From the sequence record DRR378314_231: DNA of 48,072 nt. One strand, written 5' to 3'. The position numbers and the translations under genes were made by a program. Positions 18,405-27,364 of the stretch are shown one piece after another (positions within the stretch are counted from its first letter, which is position 1; each line of letters opens with the position of its first letter). The notes under the pieces were generated by a model that worked only from the letters and a program-made list of their open reading frames with translations, did not search any database and was not told the DNA's origin.

Positions 18405-18706
18405 TCCGGCTTTGCAAGCTCCCGCAGGAGTTTCCAGGTATAGAGCCCGGAATCATGCCCGTCTGAAAACCTTATACGGATGGCATAGCGCCCGACTGGC
18501 TCTGCTCCGACGACAGAGATATCTTCCGGCACAGGTGCCTGTGGCGGCTTGGGTCCGCTGCCATGTCCTCGCACCTCTGCAGACGGGCTCTCTTCACGCA
18601 GGCGCTTGTAGGAAATCGTACCGGATACCCCGTCCTCGAACGCAATGGCCAATTCCTGGGCTGATTTTCTGAATGCCAATTTCGTGGGCCAGGATGGTTC
18701 GCTCAT
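18401..18706 (-). CDS. DUF971 / gamma-butyrobetaine hydroxylase-like N-terminal domain protein
   Basis: [14 protein letters not shown]...[23 protein letters not shown]. Confidence 0.85.
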   Translation of the reverse strand: MSEPSWPTKLAFRKSAQELAIAFEDGVSGTISYKRLREESPSAEVRGHGSGPKPPQAPVPEDISVVGAEPVGRYAIRIRFSDGHDSGLYTWKLLRELAKPD

Positions 18707-18939
18707 GCGGTGGGCTCGTCATCGACTTCCACGGCATCCAGGTCTCGCGCCTCATCCGCGAGCATGATCGGAATTCCATTGCGGATCGGATAGGCAAGCC
18801 GTGCCTTCGGGGAGACGAGTTCGTCTTTTGACCGGTCATAACTGAGCGGCTGGCGGCTGACCGGGCAGATCAGGATTTCCAGTAGGCGCGGATCAACCCC
18901 GGAAGGGCCCAAGCGCTGTGTAGCGGATTCGTCGGACAT
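18703..18939 (-). CDS. Trm112 family (UPF0434) protein
   Basis: [18 protein letters not shown]...[16 protein letters not shown]. Confidence 0.9.
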   Translation of the reverse strand: MSDESATQRLGPSGVDPRLLEILICPVSRQPLSYDRSKDELVSPKARLAYPIRNGIPIMLADEARDLDAVEVDDEPTA

Positions 18940-18947
18940 TAGGGCCT

Positions 18948-19598
18948 CTATTGCAGCGTGCCGCCGTCTTCGCCGGACACATCCATTTCAAGCAGGGTGA
19001 TGAGCGTTTCAGCGCGATCTTTCAAGGTAGGTGCTTCAACGAGCGCCTGTTTTTCCATTACGGAGAATGGACATCCGGAGCAGAGGGCATTGACCAATGT
19101 TTCCAGCGGCGCTTCGTCCACAGCGCTCCAATCCGTCGACATGTCGTGCGCCTCAGTATAGTCGTGCAGTGCAGATACCAGACGAGACCGGTCAGGAAGT
19201 TTGGAATCTGGAACGTCTTTCAGGTCCGCTTCATAGGGTGCCCAGTCTGGCACGACCTGACGATAGGGCGTCATCACGGAAAGTTCTTCCTTCACATCAA
19301 ACCGGGCAATTCCGGTCAGCGTGATCAGGTAGCGCCCATCGCCGGTTTCCGACCACGCGGTGATCCGTCCAGCACATCCTGTATGGGCAACATCCGGTTT
19401 TGCCTTGGAGCCGCCCACAGACTGGATCATGCCAATCATCCGCGTATCCTGAATGACGTCATCAATCATGTTCAGATAGCGCGGTTCGAAAATGTTGAGC
19501 GGCAATTGCCAGCGCGGGAACAGCAACGCCCCCGGCAGCGGAAAGATAGCCAGCTCCTCGGGCAGTTCGGAAAGGCGCGTGAAGCTGGGCTGTGACAT
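18948..19598 (-). CDS. LON peptidase substrate-binding (N-terminal) domain protein, with no ATPase or protease domain
   Basis: [11 protein letters not shown]...[38 protein letters not shown]. Confidence 0.88.
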   Translation of the reverse strand: MSQPSFTRLSELPEELAIFPLPGALLFPRWQLPLNIFEPRYLNMIDDVIQDTRMIGMIQSVGGSKAKPDVAHTGCAGRITAWSETGDGRYLITLTGIARFDVKEELSVMTPYRQVVPDWAPYEADLKDVPDSKLPDRSRLVSALHDYTEAHDMSTDWSAVDEAPLETLVNALCSGCPFSVMEKQALVEAPTLKDRAETLITLLEMDVSGEDGGTLQ

Positions 19599-19653
19599 AT
19601 ACTCGATCTCTTTCTGGTGTTGCCTGAAAGAGGGATGTGGCGCGCCTACGCCA

Positions 19654-20544
19654 TCAGGCAAACATGAGAGACGCCAGACGACGCCGACCGCTGACGGTTG
19701 CTGGGTCAGTTGCGCCAGCCGCTTCAAACATTTGTAGCAGCTTTTCCTTGGCCTTGCCCTCTTTCCAGTCGAGGCCGGCGCTGAGGATAATCAGCAGATG
19801 GTCAATGGCGTCCCCGAAACGCCCTGCCGCGGCGTACTTTTCGGCAAGGTCGAAGCGCTGGTCATGATTGTCCGGATCAGCGAGTACAGCTGACAGCGCC
19901 TCCTCAAACTCATCCGGAGCGGCCGCGTCATCGCCCATCATGTCAATTGCCGTTCGAACGCCTTTGACGGCACTGTCATTGCGCTTGTCTTCCGGCACCA
20001 TTTCCAGCGTGGCTTCGGCGCGCTCCTTGTCACCATTGGCAAGATAACACCGAGCAAGGCCTGCCAGCGCAGTAACGTTTTCAGGTTCCTGCTGGAGAAT
20101 TGCTGCATAGATTTGGGCGGCCGTACCGATATCGCCAGCCTGGCTTGCCGCTTCTGCCTGTTCGAGCGCCTCGGCCAGCATCTTTCCGGCATCGGTGCCA
20201 CTCAGCAGCTTGTCGATAAAGGCGTTGATCTGGCCTTCCGGAAGCGCGCCCATGAAAGCATCAACCGGACGGCCCTTGTCGAAGGCGTAAACCGCCGGGA
20301 TAGAGCGCACGCCGAGCTGACCGGCATAGGCGGGGTTCTCATCAATGTTGATCTTGACCAGCTTGACCTGACCGCCGCGCGCGTCGACCGCCTTTTCGAT
20401 GATCGGGCCCAGCGTGCGGCAAGGACCGCACCAGGGCGCCCAGAAATCAACGATAACCGGCTGGTTCTCCGACGCCTCCACGACGTCTGCCATGAAGTCC
20501 TGATCGGTCGTGTCCTTGATGTTCAGCGATGCCGTATCGGTCAT
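19654..20544 (-). CDS. cnoX: Chaperedoxin (thioredoxin plus TPR; CnoX/YbbN family)
   Basis: DFWAPWCGPC thioredoxin domain followed by TPR helices and the C-terminal GRRRLASLMF. Confidence 0.85.
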   Translation of the reverse strand: MTDTASLNIKDTTDQDFMADVVEASENQPVIVDFWAPWCGPCRTLGPIIEKAVDARGGQVKLVKINIDENPAYAGQLGVRSIPAVYAFDKGRPVDAFMGALPEGQINAFIDKLLSGTDAGKMLAEALEQAEAASQAGDIGTAAQIYAAILQQEPENVTALAGLARCYLANGDKERAEATLEMVPEDKRNDSAVKGVRTAIDMMGDDAAAPDEFEEALSAVLADPDNHDQRFDLAEKYAAAGRFGDAIDHLLIILSAGLDWKEGKAKEKLLQMFEAAGATDPATVSGRRRLASLMFA

Positions 20545-20575
20545 AGGTATTGTGTCCCTTGAATATCTGCACGGA

Positions 20576-20604
20576 ACATGGGCCGCAGCATCCCATTTCG
20601 CAAG
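20576..20604 (-). promoter_or_regulatory. Putative RpoH (sigma32) heat-shock promoter of the cnoX operon
   Basis: Minus strand CTTG-N18-CCCATGT, ending 31 nt before the cnoX ATG. Confidence 0.6.
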
Positions 20605-20788
20605 GCAGCGGCCTGACACCGAAGCACGCGGTCTACGTTCATCTGGCAGTCAATTCCGGTGTTGCACTTGTTGAAGGTGAACCGCGCGCAACGAAAAGCG
20701 ACGAAAATACCTTTTTCGCGCCCTGTTTCTGCAAGGCCCGCGCGCTTAAGTACAAGGCCATTGGTCAACGAACTAAGGAGACCGCAAA

Positions 20789-21448
20789 ATGTTGAATATC
20801 CTGGCAAGCCTTGGAGCGATCACCGCAATCGCAACGTCGCCGCTCCCACTCAGCCTGCAGGCCACTGAGGCCGCAGCGCCAGCACCGCAAGTTTCCGAAC
20901 CGGCCGGCTTGAGCGAGGCTGATCGTCAGCGCCTTCTGAACCGAGCATCTACGGCCTTGGCCAAGGTTAAGACAGCCAGCGGCACGTTTGAGCAATTGTC
21001 ACCGGACTATAGCGAATCCACTGGCCGATTTGCGTTGTCGCGCCCCGGTAAGGTTCGGTTTGAATATGATGACCCAAGCCCCCTGCTCGTCGTGAGCGAT
21101 GGCACAACCGTCGGTCTTCAGGATTCCGAGCTGGAAACCACTGATCGGGTTCCCCTCGGAACCACACCGCTCGCCTTGCTGCTGGATGATGACATCGATT
21201 TCGCCACAGAGGCGGATGTGTTGGACGTAACCAACCGAAATGGCCGGGTGGAAATCACCCTGCGCGACAAGTCTGGCGAAATGGATGGCACGCTGACTCT
21301 CGTCATGCAAGAAAGCGATATGAGCCTGACCGGATGGCACACGCTGGACAGCGGTGGAAACCTGACACAGGTCCAGCTGACCGATGTTTCTTACGGTCAG
21401 CGCCTCAATCCGCGCCTGTTTGTTCTGAAGGATTTCGATAAGAACTGA
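20789..21448 (+). CDS. lolA: Outer-membrane lipoprotein carrier protein LolA family
   Basis: Signal peptide; GTFEQ...GRFALSRPGKVRFEYD.PSPLLVVSDG, PLGTTPL.LLL; SD AAGGAG. Confidence 0.88.
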   Translation: MLNILASLGAITAIATSPLPLSLQATEAAAPAPQVSEPAGLSEADRQRLLNRASTALAKVKTASGTFEQLSPDYSESTGRFALSRPGKVRFEYDDPSPLLVVSDGTTVGLQDSELETTDRVPLGTTPLALLLDDDIDFATEADVLDVTNRNGRVEITLRDKSGEMDGTLTLVMQESDMSLTGWHTLDSGGNLTQVQLTDVSYGQRLNPRLFVLKDFDKN

Positions 21449-21472
21449 CGTGTTTGCACCACACCCAAGGAC

Positions 21473-21488
21473 ATAACACATTATTAAC
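21473..21488 (+). promoter_or_regulatory. CtrA-box-like site (ATAA-N7-TTAAC)
   Basis: ATAA cacatta TTAAC, an 8/9 match to TTAA-N7-TTAAC, in an AT-rich promoter-like stretch (TTGCAC at 21454). Confidence 0.55.
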
Positions 21489-21489
21489 T

Positions 21490-21670
21490 TGATTTTTTTC
21501 TGTGGAGTGACATCTTTGCAACTGTCGATGACGAAGCAAATCGAGCGCAGCAACTGACCCCCCGCTGCAATCCTTGTGTCATCCACCGTCGGAGCCTTCC
21601 CCTCCCGACGAGACGTGTAAAGCAAGCGTCTGGCGCGCCCGAACTTCCCCGCGTTCGGGCGCGTTGACGT
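21490..21670 (+). ncRNA. Candidate small RNA with tandem hairpins bearing C-rich loops
   Basis: Hairpins at 21547-21568, 21587-21610 (loop CCTTCCC) and 21634-21663 (11-bp stem, loop TTCCCCGC) in the 249-nt lolA-xth gap; boundaries are approximate. Confidence 0.45.
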
Positions 21671-21697
21671 TTCAGGAAACACTGCTACGCAGCCTGA

Positions 21698-22501
21698 ATG
21701 TCTAATTCTCTCAAAATCGTCAGCTGGAACATCAACTCTGTTCGCCTGCGTGCGCCAAACGTCGCCGCCTTCGTGGAGGAGGAGCAACCGGATGTTGTTT
21801 GTCTGCAGGAAACAAAGTGCCAGGACGGCGAATTTCCCGAAAAGGCCTTCAAGGAAATGGGGTTGCCGCATCTCGTGCTGAACGGCCAGAAGGGCGGGCA
21901 TCATGGCGTGGCCATCGCCTCGCGTCTGCCCATCGAGCGCATCGAGGCACCAGACCTGTGCCGCCACGGACATTCGCGCGTGATCGCGGCGAAAGTGGCC
22001 GGCGTGGAAGTCCACAACATCTACTTGCCAGCTGGCGGCGATGAGCCGGATCCCGAGGTGAATGACAAGTTTGCCCACAAACTCGATTTTCTGGAGCGAC
22101 TGGGACCTGCCTACAAGAAGCAGTCAAAGACGCCGCGCGTCTTGGTGGGCGATCTGAACGTTGCGCCGCACGAAAATGATGTCTGGTCACACAAGCAGTT
22201 GCTGAAGATCGTATCCCACACGCCGGGAGAAACCGAACGACTGGAAGATTCGCGCAATCAGGCCGCGTTCGCCGACATTGCTCGCCTGGCGGTAGGGGAC
22301 CACCAGAAACTCTATTCCTGGTGGAGCTATCGCGCGAAGGACTGGGCCAAGAGCAATCGCGGACGCCGGCTCGACCATATTTGGATGAACCCCGCAGCAC
22401 TGCCCGATACGAAGATCGATACCTTCAAGATCCACCTCGCATGGCGTGGAGGCTGGAAACCTTCGGACCACGCGCCAATAAGCGTCGAAATGAAGGTTTA
22501 A
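21698..22501 (+). CDS. xth: Exodeoxyribonuclease III
   Basis: SWNINSVRLR, DVVCLQETK, GDLNVAP, YSWWSYR, GRRLDHIW and PSDHAP motifs. Confidence 0.95.
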   Translation: MSNSLKIVSWNINSVRLRAPNVAAFVEEEQPDVVCLQETKCQDGEFPEKAFKEMGLPHLVLNGQKGGHHGVAIASRLPIERIEAPDLCRHGHSRVIAAKVAGVEVHNIYLPAGGDEPDPEVNDKFAHKLDFLERLGPAYKKQSKTPRVLVGDLNVAPHENDVWSHKQLLKIVSHTPGETERLEDSRNQAAFADIARLAVGDHQKLYSWWSYRAKDWAKSNRGRRLDHIWMNPAALPDTKIDTFKIHLAWRGGWKPSDHAPISVEMKV

Positions 22502-23184
22502 GGTTGCAGGCGATACCCGCCAGCATCTGTCAGCAACAAGCGGGCATTAGCCGGGTCAGGCTCCACTTTCTGGCGCAAGCGATAGATGTGCGTTTCCAGC
22601 GTGTGGGTTGTGACGGTGGCATTGTAACCCCACACCTCTGACAAGAGCTCGTCCCGCGCAACAGGCTTGCCCTGCGCGCGATAGAGATATTTCAGGATGT
22701 TGGTTTCCTTCTCGGTCAGGCGCACTTTTCGGCCGTCTTCCGTGACCAGCAACTTCATCGATGGGCGAAACTCATAAGGCCCCACCTGAAATGTAGCATC
22801 CTCGGATTGCTCAAAGCTGCGAAGATGTGCACGCACGCGCGCCAGCAATACCGAGAATTTGAACGGCTTGGTGACGTAGTCATTCGCGCCGGATTCTAGC
22901 CCGAGAATCGTGTCGGCGTCGCCATCCTGACCCGTAAGCATGATGATTGGCGCGCGCACGCCTTTCTGCCGCATTTGTTTGCAGGCCTCGCGGCCATCCA
23001 TGTCCGGCATATCTACATCCAGCAGGATCAGGTCTATCCGCTCCGCCAGCGCGTGGGTGATCCCCTCATGCGCGTTTGCTGCCTGTAGCGTGTCGAACCC
23101 GTCATGCAGATCGAACTGTTCCGCGAGCGCTTCGCGCAGGTCTTCATCGTCATCTACCAGCAGAATGGTCTTTTTGCCTGTCAC
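22498..23184 (-). CDS. cenR: OmpR-family response regulator, CenR-like (cell envelope regulator)
   Basis: Receiver domain (LLVDDD, LLDVDMPDMDG, KPF) plus wHTH; SEDA.F..GPYEF, LTEKETNILKYLYR and VTTHTLETHIYRLRQK match the CenR type; GTG start after GAAGGAG; xth and L,D-transpeptidase neighbours. Confidence 0.8.
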   Translation of the reverse strand: MTGKKTILLVDDDEDLREALAEQFDLHDGFDTLQAANAHEGITHALAERIDLILLDVDMPDMDGREACKQMRQKGVRAPIIMLTGQDGDADTILGLESGANDYVTKPFKFSVLLARVRAHLRSFEQSEDATFQVGPYEFRPSMKLLVTEDGRKVRLTEKETNILKYLYRAQGKPVARDELLSEVWGYNATVTTHTLETHIYRLRQKVEPDPANARLLLTDAGGYRLQP

Positions 23185-23280
23185 GGGCGTCTCCTTCGAA
23201 TTCGAACGTCGCTGTGTATTGCGACTGGCGACAGATGCCATATGACTTTCCATGACGCGTGATCACAAGTCTGGGAGCAT

Positions 23281-23793
23281 TTGGTGAGCCTGAAATTTAC
23301 CGCAAGCCCGACGGGGAAATTCTCAGGCCCCGGCTTCACCGCCCGCTGCGCGCTGGGAAAGGGCGGGGTCGTTACCGCGTCACAGAAGCGCGAAGGGGAC
23401 GGGGCCTCCCCTGTCGGGGTGTGGCCGGTACGCAATGTTTTCTACAGGCCCGACCGGGTAGAACCGCCCGTGACCAGCCTGCCACTGGTACCGCTCAAGC
23501 CTTATGATGGCTGGTGCGACGCCGCGAACCATCCGCTTTACAATCGTCCGGTCTCACTGCCCTTCGCGGCCAGTCACGAAAAACTCTGGCGCGATGACCA
23601 CGTCTACGATGTGCTCGTCGAGCTGGGTTACAATGATGATCCGGTCGAAGCCGGACGCGGCAGCGCGATCTTCCTGCACATTGCCCGGCCGAACTATGAG
23701 CCGACGGAAGGCTGTATCGCGCTCGAAAAAAGCGACCTGCTTGCGGCTCTGGAACTGATGCTTCCGGGTACCGAAATCGAAATCTCGTTCTAG
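23281..23793 (+). CDS. L,D-transpeptidase (YkuD-like) family protein
   Basis: KREGDGASPVG, GWCD, YND.PV..GRGSAIFLH...PTEGCIAL catalytic His/Cys motif. Confidence 0.88.
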   Translation: MVSLKFTASPTGKFSGPGFTARCALGKGGVVTASQKREGDGASPVGVWPVRNVFYRPDRVEPPVTSLPLVPLKPYDGWCDAANHPLYNRPVSLPFAASHEKLWRDDHVYDVLVELGYNDDPVEAGRGSAIFLHIARPNYEPTEGCIALEKSDLLAALELMLPGTEIEISF

Positions 23794-24458
23794 GCTGAAT
23801 AATCGCGAGGCCCGAACAGGGCGGTTCCGATGCGCACATGGGTCGCGCCGAACTGCGCGCCTGTCTCGTAATCAGAGCTCATGCCCATGGAGAGCTGTTC
23901 CAAACCAAGGCGCCCCGCGATCTTGGCCAGAAGGGCAAAGTGAGGACCGGCGGGTTCTTCGACAGGCGGAATGCACATCAGGCCGACCACATCCAGCGCT
24001 GCCTCACGTGCTATCTGGAGCAGACTTTCCACTCCATCGGGTGAAACACCCGCCTTTTGTGGCTCTTCACCCGTATTGACCTGGATCAGATATTTCCGAC
24101 GCAGCCCTGTTTTCTCTTCAGCCTTGGCCAACTCCCGGCACAGTTTCGGCCGATCGATCGTTTCAATGACGTCGAACAAGCGCACAGCGTCCTCCGCCTT
24201 GTTTGATTGAAGCGGCCCGATCAATCGAAGTTCCAGATCTGGATAGTCTGCCTTGCGGTCCTCCCAATGCTGGTAGGCTTCTTGAACGCGGTTCTCACCG
24301 AATACTCGGTGGCCCGTCGCCAGAATCTCTTTCAGTGCTTCGTCAGGTTGGGTTTTGGTCACTGCAACCAGTGTCGGCGCCGTATCACACAGGCGCTCCA
24401 GATCGCTCAGGATCTCTGCGCGGCGCTTGGCAATTCCGGGGAAGTCCGTATCAGTCAT
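23790..24458 (-). CDS. yggS: YggS/PLPBP pyridoxal phosphate homeostasis protein
   Basis: LVAVTKT, FGENRVQE, IGPLQSNK, GLMCIPP, LSMGMSSDY and VRIGTALFG motifs. Confidence 0.95.
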   Translation of the reverse strand: MTDTDFPGIAKRRAEILSDLERLCDTAPTLVAVTKTQPDEALKEILATGHRVFGENRVQEAYQHWEDRKADYPDLELRLIGPLQSNKAEDAVRLFDVIETIDRPKLCRELAKAEEKTGLRRKYLIQVNTGEEPQKAGVSPDGVESLLQIAREAALDVVGLMCIPPVEEPAGPHFALLAKIAGRLGLEQLSMGMSSDYETGAQFGATHVRIGTALFGPRDYSA

Positions 24459-24462
24459 CGTG

Positions 24463-25086
24463 ATGGTGCAGAAACCCCAATCCGATGCGAGACGCAAGCT
24501 GATCTCTGCGGCGCGATGCGCTGGTCATCATTTGCCTTCATGGTTGCCACCTGCCCTGTTTCTCACCGATCCGAAGCGCACACCGGACCCGATCTCAGTG
24601 GCGGAAAACCTTCCTGCCGGGTGGGGAATTGTTTATCGGCACTTCGGTGCAAAGCATCGGTTGTGGCAGGCGCGGCAGTTGGCGGAGATTGCGAACCGGC
24701 GGGGACTGGCCTTGCTGATCGCGGCAGACCCCGTCCTTGCCATAAAGGTCGGTGCAGCAGGCGTGCACTGGCCCTTCGCGCAAAGGTACGCTGCCCGGAA
24801 ATGGCGAGCTCGGTTCGACCTGATGAGTGTCAGCGCGCACGGTGGCGACGAATTGCGACAGGTGGAACCGGATGTGTTTGATGCGGCACTCGTTTCCGCA
24901 GTCTTTCCGTCGACCAGCCCATCAGCCGGCACGCCGATCGGTTCGCATCAGATTCGCATTCTCTCGCGACAAAGCGATATGCCGGTCTATGCGCTGGGGG
25001 GCATAAATTCACGTAATGCGGCCTGCGTCAGTAGCTCAGCGGGTCTTGCGGCGATTGAGGGTATTCAGGACGCGTTTGGGCCCTAG
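24463..25086 (+). CDS. Thiamine-phosphate synthase/TenI-like TIM-barrel protein
   Basis: IVYRH, GAAGVHWP, SAH, LVSAVFPSTS, PVYALGGI and GLAAI motifs; start approximate. Confidence 0.75.
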   Translation: MVQKPQSDARRKLISAARCAGHHLPSWLPPALFLTDPKRTPDPISVAENLPAGWGIVYRHFGAKHRLWQARQLAEIANRRGLALLIAADPVLAIKVGAAGVHWPFAQRYAARKWRARFDLMSVSAHGGDELRQVEPDVFDAALVSAVFPSTSPSAGTPIGSHQIRILSRQSDMPVYALGGINSRNAACVSSSAGLAAIEGIQDAFGP

Positions 25087-25535
25087 AACTTGAACGCAGA
25101 CTTCAGCCGGATACCGGCTTCGACTTCGCGGGATTCCCACGTTGAGGTGTCATTCAGCTCGTCTGCGCCAACACTGACCTCACCCCCGACCGAAAAGCGC
25201 GGCGTGATGCGGAATGTCGCGCCAGCCTGCATTTCCTCGCGTGGCAGGGGAGACAAATCTGTGCGGGACACCTTGTCCAGATTCAGTTGCCAGCGCGTAT
25301 TGCTGCCAAACTGCATCGAGAATTCGCGATCTGGCTTTGCCTGCCATACCGGTTCAGCGCTGGCGGGTTTGGACTGCGCAAATTGGCGGTACCATTCAGA
25401 CTGCGCGGCAGAGGTCTCTGAAATGCTGGGGGCTGCCAATTCCATTTCGGGCGCAGGCACGGAATCTTGCGCAGCAGCTGGCATAGCCAACGCAGCGCAC
25501 AGCGCGATCCCAAAAGTTACCAAGCCCAGCTTCAT
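25083..25535 (-). CDS. ntrZ: Exported protein, NtrZ-like periplasmic regulator
   Basis: Signal peptide; C-terminal RW.L.LD...MQAGATFRITPRFSVGG.V...IRLKSAFKF resembles Caulobacter NtrZ (from memory); located next to the porin and leuS. Confidence 0.6.
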   Translation of the reverse strand: MKLGLVTFGIALCAALAMPAAAQDSVPAPEMELAAPSISETSAAQSEWYRQFAQSKPASAEPVWQAKPDREFSMQFGSNTRWQLNLDKVSRTDLSPLPREEMQAGATFRITPRFSVGGEVSVGADELNDTSTWESREVEAGIRLKSAFKF

Positions 25536-25574
25536 TTCTTGCACCTCTGAACACAGAAATAGTCAGATGGGCGG

Positions 25575-25612
25575 GTAAAGAGAAGATTAAGAATCTGACA
25601 GGGCCGCGATTC
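25575..25612 (-). promoter_or_regulatory. CtrA-box-like site plus two GANTC sites upstream of the ntrZ-like gene
   Basis: Minus strand TTAA tcttctc TTTAC (8/9) at 25575-25590; GAATC at 25591 and GATTC at 25608. Confidence 0.5.
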
Positions 25613-26793
25613 TAACGCGATAGTGTGATTTCTATCACAATGCCGTCGGGTGAATTGTTCCACTCGGCGGCAATATTCTCTTCGGATGCTACACGATCCA
25701 GGCTGTTTTCGCCATATCCGAGAGAGATTCTTGCAAATTCTGTAACATTCTGGGCGATGCCAATTTTCCATGCACCTCCTTCAAGTGACGTGAGTCCGTC
25801 TTCCGCGGCCCCAAATTCAAGCCCGATCCGAGTTTTTCCGAATGTTTTGGTCACTCCGGCAGTCCATGATTCGTAGTCCGCGCTTTGGGCAAGGCCGTTG
25901 TCCGACTGCAGCCAGGTGAAGCCGAGGGATATGGTTTCGAACTCTGCCCTGGCACCTGCCGAGAATGTGGTGACGCGATCATAGACGGATGTCGCGTAGA
26001 ACGGCGTGTCCACGTCCGCCGTGCTGGCAGCCAGCGCCGCACTTACCCGAACTCCTTGCTCCCGCAGCAATCGAGAGACGTTCACTGAGCCCTCGACCGC
26101 ATTCGTCAGCGTGATCGGCGCGACACCCGGGAGGTTCCGGTCCGCATCGCGATCAAGGCCCCTGACGTCTGCTTTGGGGGTAAAACTCAGCCCTGCGCGG
26201 ATTCCGACAAGGCGGGGTGTAGCATAACTCAGTTTGGCCGATGGCCCCGTCACATCATGCCGCGTGGTAACCATGTCGATGCCTGTCGGATCAAGGGATT
26301 GGCGGCCAAGTGCCAACGCGCTGAAGACCGACGGTGCATTTTCCTGAAAGCGTGCGGCAACACCCTCATCCCTTCCGAGGCGGACTTCACCATAACCGCC
26401 GTCTATATAGACGTAAGCCTCTTCCAGCTCGGCCCGTAAATCGACCTCGTCCGGCGCCGGCCCTGAGGCCAGACCCGTGTAGGCGCCCTGAACGCCAATT
26501 TGCGAACTGTCCCCAGGAATGAAGATACCGCTAAATCCTGCACGCTGGGGATGATCCTTTTGCGCCTCAACGCGGCCAGAAACACCAATCTCCAAACCAT
26601 TGTCCAAAATTCGGTTTGTGGATGCGCCGGCCCAGATCATGCCGAGCGCCTGCTCATCCGCATCGGGCGCCAGAACTATTGTAGCCCCGAATTCGGTTTC
26701 CGTTTCCCACGGGTTCCAGTCCTCTTCCCATTGGGCGTACGCAGCAGGCATCGCGAACAGGACCGTCAGCAGCGAGATTCCCACGACTTTCAT
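25612..26793 (-). CDS. Outer-membrane porin (Gram-negative porin family)
   Basis: Signal peptide, LDNGLEIG, EEAYVYIDGGYGEVRLG, KLSYATPRL.G.RAGLSFTP, amphipathic beta-strands. Confidence 0.8.
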   Translation of the reverse strand: MKVVGISLLTVLFAMPAAYAQWEEDWNPWETETEFGATIVLAPDADEQALGMIWAGASTNRILDNGLEIGVSGRVEAQKDHPQRAGFSGIFIPGDSSQIGVQGAYTGLASGPAPDEVDLRAELEEAYVYIDGGYGEVRLGRDEGVAARFQENAPSVFSALALGRQSLDPTGIDMVTTRHDVTGPSAKLSYATPRLVGIRAGLSFTPKADVRGLDRDADRNLPGVAPITLTNAVEGSVNVSRLLREQGVRVSAALAASTADVDTPFYATSVYDRVTTFSAGARAEFETISLGFTWLQSDNGLAQSADYESWTAGVTKTFGKTRIGLEFGAAEDGLTSLEGGAWKIGIAQNVTEFARISLGYGENSLDRVASEENIAAEWNNSPDGIVIEITLSR

Positions 26794-26899
26794 TCCAATC
26801 CTCCATCCGCCACCACGCGCAGATCAGCACTGGCGAGCCTGTAAACCCCTTGTTATACAAACGCCCGTCAACAAGGTCTTGCACTCAGGAACTTTCTTC

Positions 26900-27328
26900 A
26901 TGGTCAAATATGTTTTCTCTGCGGCAGTTGCCGGCATGCTGATGGTTTCAGGCTGCCAGTCCGGATCCGGACCCAGCGCCGAGGCGCGCGTCGTTCAGCA
27001 GAATATCGGCAGCGTGAATCCATATCTCTGGCGCGCATCGCTCGACACGTTCGAGAACATGCCTGTTGCAACGGCTGATCCAATCGGCGGCCTGATCAAT
27101 TATGACTGGAAGTCTTTTGAGACCGCGCCGAACGAGCGCATCAAGGCAACGGTCTACATTCTCGATACCCGCCTGCGCGCAGATGGCGTGAAAGTCTCGG
27201 TATTCCGTCAGGAAAAGAATGAATCCGGCGAATGGGTTGATGTCAGCGTCGATCCGGAAACAGCGCTTCAGCTTGAGAACAAGATTCTGGATCGCGCGCG
27301 CTTGCTGAAGAATTCCCAGCTGGGCTAA
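26900..27328 (+). CDS. DUF3576-type lipoprotein
   Basis: Lipobox MVSGC; VNPYLWRASLDT...P..ADP.GGLI..DW...ERIKATVYILDTRLRADG; lies directly upstream of leuS. Confidence 0.8.
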   Translation: MVKYVFSAAVAGMLMVSGCQSGSGPSAEARVVQQNIGSVNPYLWRASLDTFENMPVATADPIGGLINYDWKSFETAPNERIKATVYILDTRLRADGVKVSVFRQEKNESGEWVDVSVDPETALQLENKILDRARLLKNSQLG

Positions 27329-27364
27329 GCCCGGCCGACACATTTATCCAGAAAGGTCAGGGCC

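Noticed and set aside
20573-20597. GGAAC-N16-CATT on the plus strand towards lolA
   Set aside because: The spacer is 16 not 17, the GAT extension is missing, it is ~190 nt from lolA, and it overlaps the opposite-strand RpoH-like promoter, so it is probably coincidental.
21465-21495. dif-like sequence (minus strand AGTTAATAATGTGTTATGTCC)
   Set aside because: The XerD arm diverges after TTATGT, the spacer does not fit, and the site is origin-proximal. It is better explained as a CtrA-box promoter.
20999-22078. Long minus-strand ORF (359 aa) and similar long antisense ORFs (7825-8859, 17550-18326, 12183-12887, 38390-39160)
   Set aside because: Shadow ORFs overlapping well-supported genes in GC-rich DNA, with no recognisable motifs.
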